A DNA stretch of 64,000 nt from Octopus vulgaris (Eukaryota). The position numbers were made by a program, and so were the translations under genes. Positions within the stretch are counted from its first letter, which is position 1; each line of letters starts with the position of its first letter. The stretch covers positions 15,562,001-15,626,000 of the forward strand of contig OX597835.1 in the NCBI GenBank assembly GCA_951406725.2. The letters are read 5' to 3'. Shown in pieces: positions 61,991 through 64,000 of the stretch. The notes beneath the pieces are model-generated. The model did not search any database. It was not told the DNA's origin and was given only the letters and a program-made list of their open reading frames with translations.

Positions 61991-62937
61991 TAAAGAAACT
62001 AAAAATATTATTGACAGTGATAAGGATGTTGGTAATTAGAAACCACAAAGTAATTAATATAAAGATGTTCTAGTTTATACTTCAGTTACATTGTCATTAA
62101 AATCCTGGAGAGCTTCATGGTTTGATATAATTTCAGGAGTAAGTGTTTCTGTGACGTGTAACGGCTGTTCAATTTTGTACTGGAAACATAGTAAATAGTT
62201 TATTGTTCTGTTGAGATAAGATCAACAAAGTACTCCATCTGGTGAGAGAGAAATATCAATTGATGTACACATTATGAAGATGCAAGATACTAATAGTTTC
62301 TTGCAGTAGAGATGTGGCTCTAGGCAGGCTTGCATAAACATGTTTTGTGCTTCCAAGCCCGAAGATTGCTTGGAGATACAAGGCATGTTATAAAAACCTG
62401 CTTTAGACTTATGTCTCTTATGCAAGAAATTATTAGCAGCTTGCTTCATTATACTGTGCACATTAAATTATGTATGTATAATGTACTTGAATATATAATA
62501 AATTTACTGCAACTGGATTAGTGTAAAAGAAAGCAGGGTTAGAAGTAATAAATGATGAAATTATGTTTATTTTATACCCTTTCCTGAAGCTATATGACAT
62601 TGTAGTTGAAGTGTTGGGCTCAATGATGTGGTCATGGGTTGGATTCCTGGACTGCACAACACATAGTGTCTCTGAGCAAGGCAACATCATTTCATGTTGC
62701 TCCAGTCTACAGCTGAAACTAACTACCAGCTCAATACTCTTCCTCCAGCTGACACCTTGATACTCTTCTATGTCAAGAGGCACGAGGAGCAAGAGAGTAT
62801 CTTTGTTTACAAATACATAGGTGTGTGATGCCACGATGTTATATTGGCTAGGGTTCGGCTCTTTTTTCCTTCTTTTAAATTTTTGCTCTTTCTTTACTGT
62901 ACAGTTTTCTTAAATTTAAATATTTCATTTTTTTTAG

Positions 62938-62967
62938 GTGTACCGAGACTTCTTACTGAAATATTTA
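62938..62967 (+). CDS. UBR4: UBR4 exon 42 (30 nt): VYRDFLLKYL
   Basis: Strong (T)n-ag acceptor and gtaagt donor; phase 0-0; positionally matches human GCREELQNQA. Confidence 0.75.
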
Positions 62968-64000
62968 GTAAGTATTAATTTTTCGCCTTAGCTCTTGTCA
63001 AATGATTTAACTTTATAATCAAAGTTTAACTGATTCTATTTAAGAACAATCTTCCAACCTGTATGTTAAATATTTGTTTTCTAAATATCAGCCTTAGAAA
63101 CATAGTTAAGAAAGATTCGTTTGGTGATCATTGCTGAATTGATAGGTGAAGACCTTATTGAAATAATGATTAAAATTTTGAAGTAGTCTAGTATATGTAG
63201 GTAATAAAAAAAATTTTTTTTAAAAACAGACTGAATTCTGAAAATTTGGATTATAACCAATATTTGTGCTTCTGGAGCTTGCTTTGTAACCTTATGGTTT
63301 CAGGTTCAATCCCAGTGTATAGCACACTGTGCAAATGTTCTACTACAGCCCTTAGACAACCAATTCCTTGTGAATGAATTGGGTAGATGGAAACTGTTTG
63401 GAAATCAATTGTGTGTGTGCCCAATTGACAACCAGTCTCAGTTTTTTTTTTGTTTTTACATCACTGTAACTTACCAGTTTGGCAAAAGAGACAAAAATAG
63501 TACCAGACTCAAAAATAAGTCCTGGGGTTGATTTGTTCGACAACTCTTCAAGGCTGTTCCTCAGCACATCTTTAGGTCAGTGATTGAAACACACACAAAA
63601 AAAAAAAAAAAAATGAAAGAATTAACCCTTTTGATGCCAACCCACCCATGACTGCTCATGGGGACTATGATATAGACTTCCTGTTTTAAAATGATCTAAA
63701 TCAAAATTTTCCATCAAAATTTCTTGTTAATTTTTGCTCCAAACACTAAAAGTGATGAAGCTTGTTTCACTAAATTATTTTCAAAATTAATTGGAGTAAA
63801 AGGCAGTGTCTTTTAACAGAAATTGGGTAACAAAAGATTGAAATGCCGAGCCTGAAATAAATAGTTCTGAAAGTTTATTGGATTCTACCAAAGAGGGGAG
63901 TCAATATCCACATTCCCCACGAAACAAAATTAGTTATTAATGATAGGTGCATTGTATCATGAATGATTATTACACTGCATTTATGTGTATATATATTTCT

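Larger units (their letters stand above)
6359..62967 (+). other. UBR4: UBR4 (p600/Pushover) E3 ubiquitin ligase gene, partial: 42 exons in the window; start exon probably upstream, 3' part downstream
   Basis: 42 exons with AG/GT boundaries join in consistent phase into a 5251-nt open frame. It is colinear with recalled human UBR4 motifs (SLPVLEPL, QGFGVLSV, DSNTYYEDDFSS, WFEET, NVEHLQ, LHTLRW, RNAFANDxIPSESYI, UBR box). Confidence 0.97.

Noticed and set aside
6457-62968. Minor-spliceosome (U12) or GC-AG introns
   Set aside because: All inferred donors start with GT and none has the RTATCCTT U12 signature.
248-63567. Numerous 60-176 aa ORFs in the supplied track (e.g. LQLDALPNANHS, SVSVYQIHSQG, VVIPAVLFHHNF types)
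   Set aside because: They are recurring translations of SINE and LINE-tail repeats or of low-complexity DNA. Only those overlapping UBR4 exons or transposon coding remnants are meaningful.

Overview
AT-rich, repeat-dense eukaryotic DNA. It is probably a coleoid cephalopod (Octopus-like), inferred from the tRNA-derived SINE families, RTE-type LINE remnants and microsatellites. The window holds the 5' part of one large plus-strand gene, the E3 ubiquitin ligase UBR4 (p600/Pushover). I reconstructed 42 GT-AG exons between 6359 and 62967. They join in consistent phase into an open frame of 5251 nt (about 1750 codons), running through the UBR-box zinc finger (59419-60132). The start exon was not found and probably lies upstream; the gene continues beyond the window. 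Homology statements compare against human UBR4 as recalled from memory, not a database search. The introns contain at least three tRNA-headed SINE families, an abundant RTE 3'-tail element, RTE, CR1-like and Tc1 remnants, and piggyBac-, hAT- and mariner-like MITEs. Several of these have clear target-site duplications and nesting. Most ORFs in the supplied track are spurious repeat ORFs. The best lead is a frame-preserving 36-nt candidate cassette exon (58619-58654, PEEDEQYQLPLQ) directly before the UBR box, with Rbfox-type motifs downstream. Other leads are a roughly 270-nt intronic foldback, a pre-miRNA-like hairpin, inverted young SINE pairs bracketing exons, and a TAGTAG tandem acceptor. 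I see no convincing evidence of a wholly new multi-gene system.
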